A stretch of DNA of 64,000 nucleotides, taken from positions 11,844,238-11,908,237 of the forward strand of contig OZ316892.1 in NCBI GenBank assembly GCA_973895155.1, read 5' to 3'. This DNA is from Marsupella aquatica (Eukaryota; Plantae; Marchantiophyta). The notes under the pieces were generated by a model. The model saw only the letters and a list, made by a program, of their open reading frames with translations. It was not told where the DNA came from and did no database searches. The first letter of the stretch is position 1; each line of letters starts with the position of its first letter. Below, one piece after another: positions 63,401-64,000 of this stretch. A program made the translations under genes and the position numbers.

Positions 63401-64000
63401 CTATAATATGTACTTAGTGATAAGCATCTTGTATCATCCAATCTAGCTATAGATTTTCTTCAATGATTTCTGCCTCCATCCTCAACATATGTTGTCTGAT
63501 CTGTTGCAAATGTCACATCCAATGTGTCTCTTGCCTGCAATTGCAATGTCTTCTGAATGTGCCCCATTGTTAGCAATATTTATCTGAATTACTCTCGGCA
63601 ATGTGGCTGCTGTTTTAGATGTGCAACGCCTTGCTACCCTGCCAAAGGACTCATTCTGCTGCACAATTTCTCCCTATTGCCTGTGATTATGGACCCCCAT
63701 GACAAGTCTCTTGTAAATTATCTGGCCTATGGGTGGGCCATGTTAGCGGTATCCACTATAAACACGAACAATTATGTATGCCGCAACACACAAACATGAT
63801 GCCAAAAAAATTGTTACAGAGAATGATAAAACTTAGGAAACTTGAAATTAACATACCAAGAGTGGGGGGAAAAACGACCTCTCGCAAGGTCCATTTAACA
63901 ATTATTTAAATTAATTCTAAAACATATATTTATTTACTTAACAAACAACAACTACTAACTCTACGTTTCATCTTATTGATAACGGAATTGATTGAAAGAG

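Overview
Eukaryotic, land-plant nuclear DNA with GT-AG introns. A liverwort/bryophyte origin is plausible but is only an inference from gene style. Seven intact host genes were read. (1) A 2-exon Raf-like C-group kinase of the STY13/Raf22-Raf28 type (9181-11070, +). (2) A spliced organellar-type ribosomal protein bL36 (24877-25220, +). (3) A 3-exon Mediator MED11 (26347-27113, +). Genes 2 and 3 are largely missed by the ORF track. (4, 5) Two tandem intronless F-box genes (minus strand). (6) A Lys-rich putative nucleolar protein (35794-36474, +). (7) A 22-exon PH-START-DUF1336 EDR2-like gene (39173-48009, minus). The rest is a layered transposon landscape: a complete but decayed Ty1/copia element with CCATA TSD (14820-21762), two solo LTRs, a long-TIR foldback element, tRNA-derived SINE candidates, an inverted pair of same-family non-autonomous Helitrons, and a MuDR/MULE transposase pseudogene interrupted by a solo LTR. 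The most unusual signal is a decayed Plavaka-type transposase (56601-57260), a family mainly characterised in fungi, lying between the two Helitrons. All family assignments come from reading motifs by eye; no database search was run.
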